A stretch of 20,000 nt of DNA from an uncultured virus (IMG/VR IMGVR_UViG_3300010157_000055) (Duplodnaviria; Heunggongvirae; Uroviricota; Caudoviricetes): the IMG/VR virus record IMGVR_UViG_3300010157_000055; one strand, 5' to 3'. Positions 8,957 through 16,845 of the stretch are shown here, piece after piece. Each line of letters begins with the position of its first letter. Position 1 is the stretch's first letter. Made by a program: the position numbers and the translations under genes. Under the pieces are notes generated by a model. That model did not search any database, was not told the DNA's origin, and saw nothing but the letters and a program-made list of their open reading frames with translations.

Positions 8957-8985
8957 AAAAGGTTGCTTCGGCAACCTTTTTCTTT
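8957..8985 (+). terminator. Intrinsic terminator
   Basis: AAAAGGTTGC-TTCG-GCAACCTTTT followed by TCTTT. Confidence 0.9.
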
Positions 8986-9032
8986 ATAAGTATTTTTATA
9001 ATACGAACATTATCACACTAAAGAATATATCA

Positions 9033-9488
9033 ATGGCTGAAATATTAATTGCAACAGAACAAGATAAAAGCGGCACAGATGTGACAATTTATATGGCGCA
9101 AACAATTGCCGGAAGTCCGGTGTATCCATTTTATTTAAAAAATTATGCAGAATTAATGGATGCAGGTTTGGCTCAATCTCTGCTGTATTCATCAAATCGA
9201 ACCAAAGCAGTATATGCAACGATTGACAATAAGGTTGTTGGAAACATAGTTTATGAAATACAAGAAGATGTTTTCAAGTCCTGCTACTTGTTGTTTAGTG
9301 CAGTTGACGAAAATTTTAGACAGCGTGGAATTTTGAAATTGATGCACAACCACTTTGAAGTTATTATTAAAAAACAAGGTGCAAAAAAATTGTACAGCTT
9401 TGTCCATGTAGATAATGCGCCCCGAATCGCCAGTTGTGTGGGCCTAGGTTTAGAAAAGCAATTTTATAAAATGTATAAAGTGTTGTAA
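9033..9488 (+). CDS. GNAT-family N-acetyltransferase
   Basis: AVDENFRQRGI acetyl-CoA motif A, then VHVDN...GLGL. TATAAGTA lies upstream at 8985-8992. Confidence 0.8.
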   Translation: MAEILIATEQDKSGTDVTIYMAQTIAGSPVYPFYLKNYAELMDAGLAQSLLYSSNRTKAVYATIDNKVVGNIVYEIQEDVFKSCYLLFSAVDENFRQRGILKLMHNHFEVIIKKQGAKKLYSFVHVDNAPRIASCVGLGLEKQFYKMYKVL

Positions 9489-9528
9489 AAATACAACACT
9501 TGACCATTGTTTCCCTTTGTGCTATAAT
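9481..9528 (+). promoter_or_regulatory. Palindrome TGTTGTA-AAAA-TACAACA plus sigma70 promoter TTGACC-N17-(TGn)TATAAT
   Basis: Palindrome at 9481-9498, -35 at 9500-9505, -10 at 9523-9528 with extended TG. Confidence 0.8.
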
Positions 9529-9551
9529 ACTGTATGAAACAGGAGAATCAT

Positions 9552-10055
9552 ATGGAATTAGTAGAAAGAGCCAGAATTTTTGCAACAGCGGCCCATACCG
9601 CTGTGGCACAATTACGGAAGTACACTAATGAGCCGTACATTGTGCATCCTGCCGAAGTGGCCAGCATTGTTGCCACAGTTCCCCACACTCCCGAAATGTT
9701 AGCGGCCGCTTGGTTGCATGATGTGGTTGAAGACACTGGTGTTACCAACGAAGTGATCCGTGCTGAATTTGGCGCCACAGTTGCAGAGTTGGTTGGCTGG
9801 TTAACTGATGTCAGCAGGCCCGAACAAGGCAATCGTGCTGTCCGCAAGGCAATAGACCGGGCACATACTGCTGGTGCACCTGCTGAAGCACAGACTGTAA
9901 AGTTGGCCGACTTGATCTCCAACACCAGAAGCATCGTGGCACAAGATGTTGCCTTTGCCAAAGTGTACTTGGAAGAAAAGCGGTTGTTGTTGGAAGTGTT
10001 GACTCGTGGTGATGCCACATTGATGGCAGAAGCCAGGACCAGTGTGTCTAAATGA
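9552..10055 (+). CDS. HD-domain hydrolase of RelA/SpoT hydrolase type (small alarmone hydrolase/Mesh1-like)
   Basis: AH..QLRKY..EPYIVHP..VA, AAWLHDVVEDT and VKLADLISN. AGGAG SD at 9541-9545 favours ATG 9552. Confidence 0.85.
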   Translation: MELVERARIFATAAHTAVAQLRKYTNEPYIVHPAEVASIVATVPHTPEMLAAAWLHDVVEDTGVTNEVIRAEFGATVAELVGWLTDVSRPEQGNRAVRKAIDRAHTAGAPAEAQTVKLADLISNTRSIVAQDVAFAKVYLEEKRLLLEVLTRGDATLMAEARTSVSK

Positions 10056-10219
10056 TCAGCGAACAAGACCTTGTGTTTCGTTTGAGAAAAAGAGCAGAGA
10101 TCCGGCGGCAAATTTCGACTCGAAAGAGTGTACAAGAAGGAGCCCCGGATCGAATTGCCGACCTGTTGGAAGAAGCCGCAGATGAAATCGAAAGACTTAG
10201 AAAAAATGAACCAGCCTAG
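10052..10219 (+). CDS. Small hypothetical phage protein (55 aa; not in the ORF track)
   Basis: MISEQDLVFRLRKRAEIRRQISTRKSVQEGAPDRIADLLEEAADEIERLRKNEPA*. It has an ATGA overlap with the HD gene and fills the gap up to the kinase. Confidence 0.75.
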   Translation: MISEQDLVFRLRKRAEIRRQISTRKSVQEGAPDRIADLLEEAADEIERLRKNEPA

Positions 10220-10676
10220 ATTGTACATGTTGATTGGAATCCCCGGTGCAGGTAAAAGTACCTGGATTAAAAATCAGCCTTGGGCCTTGGGGCTGACTGT
10301 GGTCAGTACAGATGCGTTTGTAGAAGATTATGCCAGAGCCCAAGGCAAGACCTATTCCGAAGTGTTTGAGGAATACATGCCCACTGCTGTTGACCTAATG
10401 AGTCAACAGATTGTATTTGCTCGAGATCACGGTCATACTGTAATTTGGGATCAGACCAGTACCACAGTTAAAAGTCGTGCTAGAAAGTTTCGCATGTTGC
10501 CCAACTACTATCACATTGCTGTGGTGTTTAAAATACCAGACCATGTAGAATTAGCTCGCCGCTTGGCCGCAAGACCTGGCAAAGTAATTCCAGATCGAGT
10601 GCTGGATGATATGATTATTAATTGGGATGAGCCAGAAGAAGAAGAAGGCTTTGACGAGATCTGGTATATATCGTAA
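10206..10676 (+). CDS. P-loop kinase, polynucleotide-kinase-like (AAA_33-type)
   Basis: LYMLIGIPGAGKSTW Walker A, VSTD, VIWDQTST, R..ARPGKVIP and EGFDEI. Start moved to ATG 10206 because the upstream part is occupied by the 55-aa gene. Confidence 0.85.
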   Translation: MNQPRLYMLIGIPGAGKSTWIKNQPWALGLTVVSTDAFVEDYARAQGKTYSEVFEEYMPTAVDLMSQQIVFARDHGHTVIWDQTSTTVKSRARKFRMLPNYYHIAVVFKIPDHVELARRLAARPGKVIPDRVLDDMIINWDEPEEEEGFDEIWYIS

Positions 10677-11212
10677 TGAAAACATGGGTTACTTCTGACA
10701 TACATTTTAGTCACACCAACATTTTAAAATTCTGTGCTGACAGTAGGCCGTTTCACGACATCACTGAAATGAATACTGCAATTATCAACAATCACAATAG
10801 TGTGGTTGGTTATGATGATTTGGTTTACATACTGGGTGACATTGCATTTACCGATGCAATTTCAGCATCCAGGCTGTTGAATCGAATGAATGGAAAAAAG
10901 ATTCTGATCAAGGGCAATCACGATGTCAAGCTGTTGAGAGATCAAACTTTTAGAAACTGTTTTGCAGAGATACACGAATACTTGGAACTTGGTTACAAAG
11001 AATTCCGGATTGTATTGTTTCATTATCCAATTTGGGAATGGGATATGATGCATAGAGGTGCGCTACACTTCCATGGTCACTGCCATGCTAGGCCCACCGG
11101 TGTTCCTGGCAGGATCTTGGATGTCAGCATGGATGGAAACAATTGCTTTCCTTACAGTATGGATGAAGCAGTTCAATTGGCCATGAAAAAAATTGTCAGA
11201 AGTCACCATTGA
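10676..11212 (+). CDS. Calcineurin-like metallophosphoesterase
   Basis: SDIHFSH, LGDI, GNHD, FHYP and HGHCH motifs. TAATG coupling with the kinase. Confidence 0.9.
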   Translation: MKTWVTSDIHFSHTNILKFCADSRPFHDITEMNTAIINNHNSVVGYDDLVYILGDIAFTDAISASRLLNRMNGKKILIKGNHDVKLLRDQTFRNCFAEIHEYLELGYKEFRIVLFHYPIWEWDMMHRGALHFHGHCHARPTGVPGRILDVSMDGNNCFPYSMDEAVQLAMKKIVRSHH

Positions 11213-11237
11213 CAACTGCGATAACTTCAGCTATAAT
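11209..11237 (+). promoter_or_regulatory. Consensus sigma70 promoter TTGACA-N17-TATAAT
   Basis: -35 at 11209-11214, -10 at 11232-11237. Confidence 0.85.
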
Positions 11238-11268
11238 AACTTTGCAACAATCATTTTAGGAGATTTAT

Positions 11269-11802
11269 ATGATCACAATGAAAGAGTGGATGGAATTGGT
11301 TGACTATAAAATTACCGAAGGTAGTGAATATGGTTGGTCGTGTTATGGCCCAAATGCTTACTGTTTAGACTCATGGAATGGAGTACATGGTGCAGGTGGA
11401 TATAGTTTTAGCATTGTATTCAGTACTAAAACACAAAAGGTCTACGAAGTCAGTGTATGTGACTATACCAATGACCGTGCCTATCGTATGATTGTAGAGA
11501 ACAAGCAGGACAAGCACCGCAAGGAAGCAGAATCCAAAAGCGAACTGGCCAATCAAGCATGGGACGATGTCAACTATATTGATTTGGATGTTGATGATGA
11601 TTTTTTCCAAAAATCACTGGCCATCAAAGAAGGAGATGAGTATGACACTCGTATACTGGTTCCGGTTGACTTCAGTGATGACGATTTGTTGCACTACATG
11701 AAAATAGCACATGATATGGACATCACATTCAACGAATTTGTTGAAATGGCACTAGAAGAAGCCATAGCAAAGCATCAAATATTGCCAAAATCCGACGATT
11801 AA
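11269..11802 (+). CDS. Hypothetical phage protein (177 aa)
   Basis: ORF with AGGAG SD behind a consensus promoter. The C-terminal end (LHYMKIAHDMDITFNEFVEMALEEAI) loosely resembles a ribbon-helix-helix. Confidence 0.8.
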   Translation: MITMKEWMELVDYKITEGSEYGWSCYGPNAYCLDSWNGVHGAGGYSFSIVFSTKTQKVYEVSVCDYTNDRAYRMIVENKQDKHRKEAESKSELANQAWDDVNYIDLDVDDDFFQKSLAIKEGDEYDTRILVPVDFSDDDLLHYMKIAHDMDITFNEFVEMALEEAIAKHQILPKSDD

Positions 11803-11826
11803 GGTTATTACAGATTGTTTACAATC

Positions 11827-11865
11827 TATAAATAGTGTTCACAGTTAAGTATTTTCGAATACTTG
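11827..11865 (+). promoter_or_regulatory. TATAAATA late-type promoter followed by a 5'-UTR UUCG hairpin
   Basis: TATAAATA at 11827-11834; TAAGTATT-TTCG-AATACTTG at 11846-11865. Confidence 0.55.
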
Positions 11866-11892
11866 GGTGTATATAAAAAGGAAATATAATTT

Positions 11893-12453
11893 ATGAAAAA
11901 AGTCTTAGCAATTTTAGCACTAACTATTAGTGGCTCAGTATTTGCAGGTTCTATCACAGTTGAAGGTCAGAACATTGACGGTCAAAGTGGCGGCGCCGAT
12001 CAGAAAAACTTCAACATGACAGCAAAGGAAAGTATCAACAATACTTTTGCAGGCCATATTCAAGTTTCAACAACTCAGACAGATAATACCAATGCATTGT
12101 CAACTCGTCTTGAGGCTGGTTTGACCGGTTCTGTTGCAGTATTTGGTCCAGTGACTGGTTATACCACAGTTGCAGTAGGTGAGAAATACAGTTCCACTGG
12201 TAGTTTTGCTTACTACTCAGTTGAGCCAGGTCTCTCTGCACCAATTGGTAGCACTGGTCTAACTGCAAAGGTTGGATACCGTTATCGTACTTCGTTTGAT
12301 AATTCCAGCGTTAACTTGGATACAACTCAAACAGTTCGTGCTGGCGTATCATATGCTCTTAGCAAACAAGATGCAGTTGGTGTCCGTTACGACAAGGTAA
12401 CAGGCGATTCCAAGCAAAATATTATGGCAGTCAACTACACTCGCAGTTTCTAA
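11893..12453 (+). CDS. Outer-membrane beta-barrel (porin-like) protein
   Basis: Sec signal peptide MKKVLAILALTISGSVFA, alternating amphipathic strands with aromatic girdle residues, and a C-terminal VNYTRSF BAM-type signal. Confidence 0.8.
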   Translation: MKKVLAILALTISGSVFAGSITVEGQNIDGQSGGADQKNFNMTAKESINNTFAGHIQVSTTQTDNTNALSTRLEAGLTGSVAVFGPVTGYTTVAVGEKYSSTGSFAYYSVEPGLSAPIGSTGLTAKVGYRYRTSFDNSSVNLDTTQTVRAGVSYALSKQDAVGVRYDKVTGDSKQNIMAVNYTRSF

Positions 12454-12473
12454 TTTTTTAAATTAGTTTCACC

Positions 12474-12500
12474 AAAAGCCACCACTACGGTGGCTTTTGT
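12474..12500 (+). terminator. Intrinsic terminator
   Basis: AAAAGCCACC-ACTAC-GGTGGCTTTT. Confidence 0.85.
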
Positions 12501-12568
12501 GTTTTTGCAGTACATAACTATAATGTAAGACAACAGTTTTACGACACACTCAAACACAGGAGATTATT

Positions 12569-12835
12569 ATGAGTACAATTGCCCCTAACGGCTACCAACT
12601 TCGTCTTGAACTACTCAAGATGTCAAAAGAAATGCTAGAGCAAGACTGGCATGCACATCGCGAATCGCTTCGGTCTCAATGGGAACAAGAAGTTAACTTG
12701 GTCCAAATTCGAGCCCATTCAATTGATCAACCAGTTGAAGCAGTTCCAGCACAACCCGCCTTCCGACCTTTTCCTACTGAGGAAGAGATCATCAAGAAGG
12801 CCAAGGTCCTAAACGAGTTCATTGCACAGAAGTAA
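12569..12835 (+). CDS. Hypothetical phage protein (88 aa)
   Basis: AGGAG SD; NGYQLRLELLKM...FPTEEEIIKKA pattern recalls small proteins of T4-like aquatic phages. Confidence 0.8.
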   Translation: MSTIAPNGYQLRLELLKMSKEMLEQDWHAHRESLRSQWEQEVNLVQIRAHSIDQPVEAVPAQPAFRPFPTEEEIIKKAKVLNEFIAQK

Positions 12836-12880
12836 TAAACGGTAGTTTCGCCAAAAGAAGTCTATGTGGCTAACACCTCA

Positions 12881-12909
12881 TAGACTTTCTGTTTAAGTAA
12901 TGTTACAAT
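12881..12909 (+). promoter_or_regulatory. Sigma70-type promoter TAGACT-N17-(TGn)TACAAT
   Basis: -35 at 12881-12886 and -10 at 12904-12909. The -35 lies in the right arm of an inverted repeat (about 12856-12890). Confidence 0.55.
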
Positions 12910-12954
12910 GTTAAAAGCATCACAATTAGTGATGTAATAATTTAAGGAAACACA

Positions 12955-13233
12955 ATGTTAAAGAAATTTGATGAAACCACTAAACAGTATAAACTGTTCA
13001 AAGCCCTTGTTATCAATGGCGAGTCATTGACAGAAGCCGCAATTGAAAAGCGTTTTGGTATCAAGAACCCAACTGCAACAATCAGCGTTATTCGTCAACG
13101 CGGTTATGCAGTTTATGCAAATCCCCGTAAAGCAGGTAATGGCGTTCAGGTCACTGAATATCGCCATGGTGAAGCCAGCCGTCGTATGGTAGCTTTGGCA
13201 TACAAAGCACAGGCCATGGGCATCACAATCTAA
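12955..13233 (+). CDS. Small basic helix-turn-helix-like DNA-binding protein
   Basis: GESLTEAAIEKRFGIKNPTATISVIRQRGYAVY looks like a winged HTH. AAGGA SD; the gene has its own terminator. Confidence 0.6.
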   Translation: MLKKFDETTKQYKLFKALVINGESLTEAAIEKRFGIKNPTATISVIRQRGYAVYANPRKAGNGVQVTEYRHGEASRRMVALAYKAQAMGITI

Positions 13234-13256
13234 TTTGCTTAAAAATTAGACAAATT

Positions 13257-13279
13257 AGCCCCTTAATTGGGGCTTTTTT
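13257..13279 (+). terminator. Intrinsic terminator
   Basis: AGCCCC-TTAATT-GGGGCT followed by a T run. Confidence 0.85.
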
Positions 13280-13284
13280 GCGGC

Positions 13285-13340
13285 TGTAGCATAAAAACAA
13301 CAGAAAAACGGTTGACAGCAAAACAGTTTAATAGTATAAT
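13285..13340 (+). promoter_or_regulatory. Degenerate palindrome plus consensus sigma70 promoter TTGACA-N17-TATAAT
   Basis: TGTAGCATAAAAACAACA at 13285-13302, -35 at 13312-13317, -10 at 13335-13340. Confidence 0.85.
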
Positions 13341-13370
13341 ATACAAATACAAATACATGAAAGTTCAACT

Positions 13371-15440
13371 ATGAAACTCAAAGCACTAACCTTAGCAATT
13401 TTATTGGCCCTGGGCAGTACAGCCTACGCTCAGACCAAAGCACTAAATTATGAAGCGCAGGAAATTTCAACAGCACTTGTAAAAACAGGTGTACCAGTTG
13501 CATGGTCCAGGGGGTTCACTGGCAAAGGTATAACAATTGCCATTGTTGATCAGGGCTTTGATTTAACTCATGCAGACTTTGCCAATAAAATTGTTGGCAG
13601 TAAAAATTTCTATGATCCAGCATCAGCGGTAACTTGGGGCCATCATGGAACACTGATGGCCGGCATCGCGGCCGCAAATAAAAACGGTTCAGGTACAGTT
13701 GGTGTTGCACCTGATGCTAACTTATTGTTGGCTCAAGTGGGAGCTGGTGGCAGTTCAGTTGGCATTAATTTTACCGCAGTAAAGCAAGCAGTGGATTGGG
13801 CCAGTGCCAACGGCGCATCAGTTATCAATCTGAGCCTTGGATCCGTGTTTGATCCAAATTTTACCAATGGTATCTCTCAAATGTCTGCAGGAATTTATAA
13901 AGCACCTGCCGCATATGGATCATTGTATGGTTATAGTACAACCGATGTGCAAGCATTTGCTGTAGGTACCAACAGAGGAAGTATCATTGTTGCGGCCGCA
14001 GGCAATCAGGGACTGGCATACTCACAGGTACCTGGCATGTTTGCCACGCAGGTTGATAGCACAGGTAAACTAGTACTTGGCGGCAAAATGCTGATTGTTG
14101 GATTTGCTGATACCAACGGCAATATTGCCACAGCATCAAACAAGGCCGGCTCCATTTGTAATAACATATCTGGCTCTACCTGTAACGATCCTTATCTTGT
14201 CAAAGACTTTTATGTTGTTGCGCCAGGCATGCAGTTGTATGGCTCAGTGGCCAATCAATATGGATTGAAAGATGACAAAGGCAATTTGAACACCAGCGGC
14301 TCAATTGCAGTTACTGGATCCAGTGGCGCCACGGCCTATGTGTCAGGTGGCGTGGCGTTGATGAAACAGGCGTGGCCACAGTTAAGGTCAGAACAAATTG
14401 TTTCATTGATTCTAAATACAGCCACGCCAATGGGCGATTCAAATGTTACCGGTCGCGGCATGGTTAACTTTGACAAGGCAACCCAGCCAATGGGCACAGT
14501 TACACTGGCCAACATGACCAAATTGAATGGCTCTGGACCACAAGGTAAAACAGTTGGCCTCACTGGCACCGGAGTAGCTACATCTGGTGCAATTAGTTTG
14601 GCCACCAGCTCAGTGCTACAAAATACTCAAGTGGTTGACAGCATTGGTCGTAACTATACTGTAAACTTAACACAGGCAGTTGGATTTACCAACTCAATGA
14701 GTTACCAATATGCCAGTCCTTGGATGGCTATGGCTTCGTCAAACTACAGACACATGGCAGTACCATTTGGTAAAGATGGTGTAATAACATTCATGACCAG
14801 TGACACAGGTACCGCAAGTCAATATGAGTGGCAACATAGTGAGCGCACTCGACTTAACTTTGAAGTGGGTGCATTAAAGGAATTGAATAGTGTACTTGGT
14901 TCACAAGGTGGTGGCGCATTGGCATTTGGCGGTAGCAATACCACATGGTTTGGTGGCGGCGGCAGTTACAAGATTGCCGAGAATACTGCACTGATTGGAA
15001 AATATACTGTGGGCTTTACCAAAACCTCCAATGTACAAGATAGTATGGTACAATTAGACTCTACAATTATAAGCGACTCATGGAAGCTTGGAGCATCACA
15101 AGAACGAGTGTTTATCAATCAAGGCAAATTACATGATGAAATTACTCTAGCCGTGGCACAACCAGTACAAGTACGAAGTGGTAGTGCAACAGTAACTGGA
15201 GTCACATCTTACACATACACAGACAATGGTGATGGCACAAGTACTGCAAATCCGCAGTCACAAACAATGCGTTCAAGCTTGGCTCCGCAAGTTCGTGAAA
15301 TGGATCTGGTACTTGGTTATACTGTCAAACATACCAATGCAACCAGTGTTGGATTTAATGTGGTACGCCAGTTCAATGCAGGTGGTGCCGCAGGTGTACA
15401 AGCAACAGGATTTTCAATAATGGCCCGTAGCGTATTTTAA
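13371..15440 (+). CDS. Secreted subtilisin-like (S8) serine protease with probable C-terminal outer-membrane beta-barrel (autotransporter-like)
   Basis: Signal peptide, IAIVDQG (Asp), HHGTLMAG (His), AAAGN (oxyanion Asn), TGSSGATAYVSG (Ser). The C-terminal third is rich in amphipathic strands and ends in Phe. Confidence 0.85.
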   Translation: MKLKALTLAILLALGSTAYAQTKALNYEAQEISTALVKTGVPVAWSRGFTGKGITIAIVDQGFDLTHADFANKIVGSKNFYDPASAVTWGHHGTLMAGIAAANKNGSGTVGVAPDANLLLAQVGAGGSSVGINFTAVKQAVDWASANGASVINLSLGSVFDPNFTNGISQMSAGIYKAPAAYGSLYGYSTTDVQAFAVGTNRGSIIVAAAGNQGLAYSQVPGMFATQVDSTGKLVLGGKMLIVGFADTNGNIATASNKAGSICNNISGSTCNDPYLVKDFYVVAPGMQLYGSVANQYGLKDDKGNLNTSGSIAVTGSSGATAYVSGGVALMKQAWPQLRSEQIVSLILNTATPMGDSNVTGRGMVNFDKATQPMGTVTLANMTKLNGSGPQGKTVGLTGTGVATSGAISLATSSVLQNTQVVDSIGRNYTVNLTQAVGFTNSMSYQYASPWMAMASSNYRHMAVPFGKDGVITFMTSDTGTASQYEWQHSERTRLNFEVGALKELNSVLGSQGGGALAFGGSNTTWFGGGGSYKIAENTALIGKYTVGFTKTSNVQDSMVQLDSTIISDSWKLGASQERVFINQGKLHDEITLAVAQPVQVRSGSATVTGVTSYTYTDNGDGTSTANPQSQTMRSSLAPQVREMDLVLGYTVKHTNATSVGFNVVRQFNAGGAAGVQATGFSIMARSVF

Positions 15441-15450
15441 GGAAAAACAG

Positions 15451-15648
15451 ATGCAGGATCGTGACCATGTACGGCAACGAATGACTGAAATTATGGAGCT
15501 CATAGACAGCTCTATTCAGTTGACAGACGATAGAGAAGAGCTTATAATGTTAGCATGTGCCATGTTACAACGCACAGTAGAATTACTCGATGACACTATT
15601 GGTGAACAAGGTCGAGATACCATATTAAAAGGATCACTAAGTGAGTAA
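15451..15648 (+). CDS. Hypothetical protein (65 aa)
   Basis: AAGGA SD and helical acidic sequence; first of a tightly packed run of genes. Confidence 0.7.
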   Translation: MQDRDHVRQRMTEIMELIDSSIQLTDDREELIMLACAMLQRTVELLDDTIGEQGRDTILKGSLSE

Positions 15649-15895
15649 AGCCAAACACAAACCTTATCAATGGATTGACGGTGAAACAGCGGATCGTATT
15701 ACCAGCATGAATCTCAAAGACTATCGTGCGTATCTAAAGAAAGAAATCAAGCTGTGGAAGAAGAATCCCAAGACTGACACCAACCCAAGTGGCCATTGGA
15801 TGCACCCAGAGGATGTGGGCATTAACATGCAGACCATTGAGGCATTGGATTTGATCATCAGTCACTTTCCAGAAACACCGGATGAGATAAAATGA
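15641..15895 (+). CDS. Hypothetical protein (84 aa)
   Basis: GTG start after AAGGA, with short overlaps to both neighbours. Confidence 0.7.
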   Translation: MSKAKHKPYQWIDGETADRITSMNLKDYRAYLKKEIKLWKKNPKTDTNPSGHWMHPEDVGINMQTIEALDLIISHFPETPDEIK

Positions 15896-16089
15896 AAAAA
15901 TGGATATATGTAATTTTAATGGGACTATTATGGTCCATGGTTGTAGTAAGTATTTTTAGTGCAGTTGCTACCAAGCCTCCACAAGTCATGTGCCTTGGGG
16001 GTATTGTAATGACACCAGACAAAGGTGGAGACATGTGGGTCCAGAAGGGCCTATTCCCAACGCATTGTATGTCTGTAGACAAGGATTAA
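15892..16089 (+). CDS. Small membrane-anchored protein (65 aa)
   Basis: ATGA overlap, N-terminal hydrophobic helix and two Cys in the soluble part. Confidence 0.7.
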   Translation: MKKWIYVILMGLLWSMVVVSIFSAVATKPPQVMCLGGIVMTPDKGGDMWVQKGLFPTHCMSVDKD

Positions 16090-16090
16090 T

Positions 16091-16678
16091 ATGAAAAAAG
16101 AACTAGACGAATTGTTGTGCAAGAAGTATCCAAAGATGATGGTGAACCGTGAAAAGTCCATGCGAGAAACTTGCATGTGTTGGGGATTTGAATGCGGCGA
16201 TGGTTGGTTCCAAATTCTAAATCAACTCATGGGCAATATACAACATCACATTGACTGGCGTCTTCGTCAGCGTGAAGTTGCTATCAAAATGAGAGAAATT
16301 GCTGTGCAACTGAAAGCTGGCAACAGTGAGTTATTTGATCATGACATGATGGACATGATCAATCTAGAGTACAAAGAAAAGCGCCGGCAAGAACTTATTG
16401 AAGATCCATTGCGTGAAGTACCAGAGGCCATTCATCAAGTTACCTTAGACCAAGTTAAAGAGAAGTTTGGCACATTGCGATTTTACTACACTGGCGGTGA
16501 CGAATACATCAGTGGACTTGTTAGCATGGCAGAAAGCATGAGTGGTGTCACTTGCGAGGAATGTGGCAATCCTGGTAAACAAGTTGGTGGTGGTTGGATT
16601 ACAACCTTGTGCCAAACTCATGCAGAAGCTCGGGGAATCTTTTTTGACAATGAAGAAGATGAAACTGTCGACAATTAA
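16091..16678 (+). CDS. Conserved-type phage hypothetical protein with C-terminal Zn-binding motif
   Basis: GFECGDGWFQIL, QVKEKFGTLRFY and CEECG...TLCQTH. Confidence 0.8.
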   Translation: MKKELDELLCKKYPKMMVNREKSMRETCMCWGFECGDGWFQILNQLMGNIQHHIDWRLRQREVAIKMREIAVQLKAGNSELFDHDMMDMINLEYKEKRRQELIEDPLREVPEAIHQVTLDQVKEKFGTLRFYYTGGDEYISGLVSMAESMSGVTCEECGNPGKQVGGGWITTLCQTHAEARGIFFDNEEDETVDN

Positions 16679-16844
16679 TTGGGAGTTGTGTGGCGCAATA
16701 ACTGCCATGTGTGTTTGTGTGTATCTTTTGTTTACTATTCCTTGGCCAAGGCAACAGGTATACAACTGTAGCATTTCAGAAATTAGTCCCGACTATCCTA
16801 TAGAAGTCAAAGAAGGTTGCCGTAAATTACGGATAGAGAAATAA
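16659..16844 (+). CDS. Small membrane-anchored protein (about 61 aa)
   Basis: Hydrophobic segment followed by YNCSISEISPDYPIEVKEGCRK. Start is probably 16650 or 16659 rather than 16542. Confidence 0.65.
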   Translation: MKLSTINWELCGAITAMCVCVYLLFTIPWPRQQVYNCSISEISPDYPIEVKEGCRKLRIEK

Positions 16845-16845
16845 A

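Noticed and set aside
10128..10205. N-terminal extension of the kinase ORF as given in the track
   Set aside because: This stretch is better explained by the 55-aa gene at 10052-10219 in another frame; the kinase fold begins at Met 10206.
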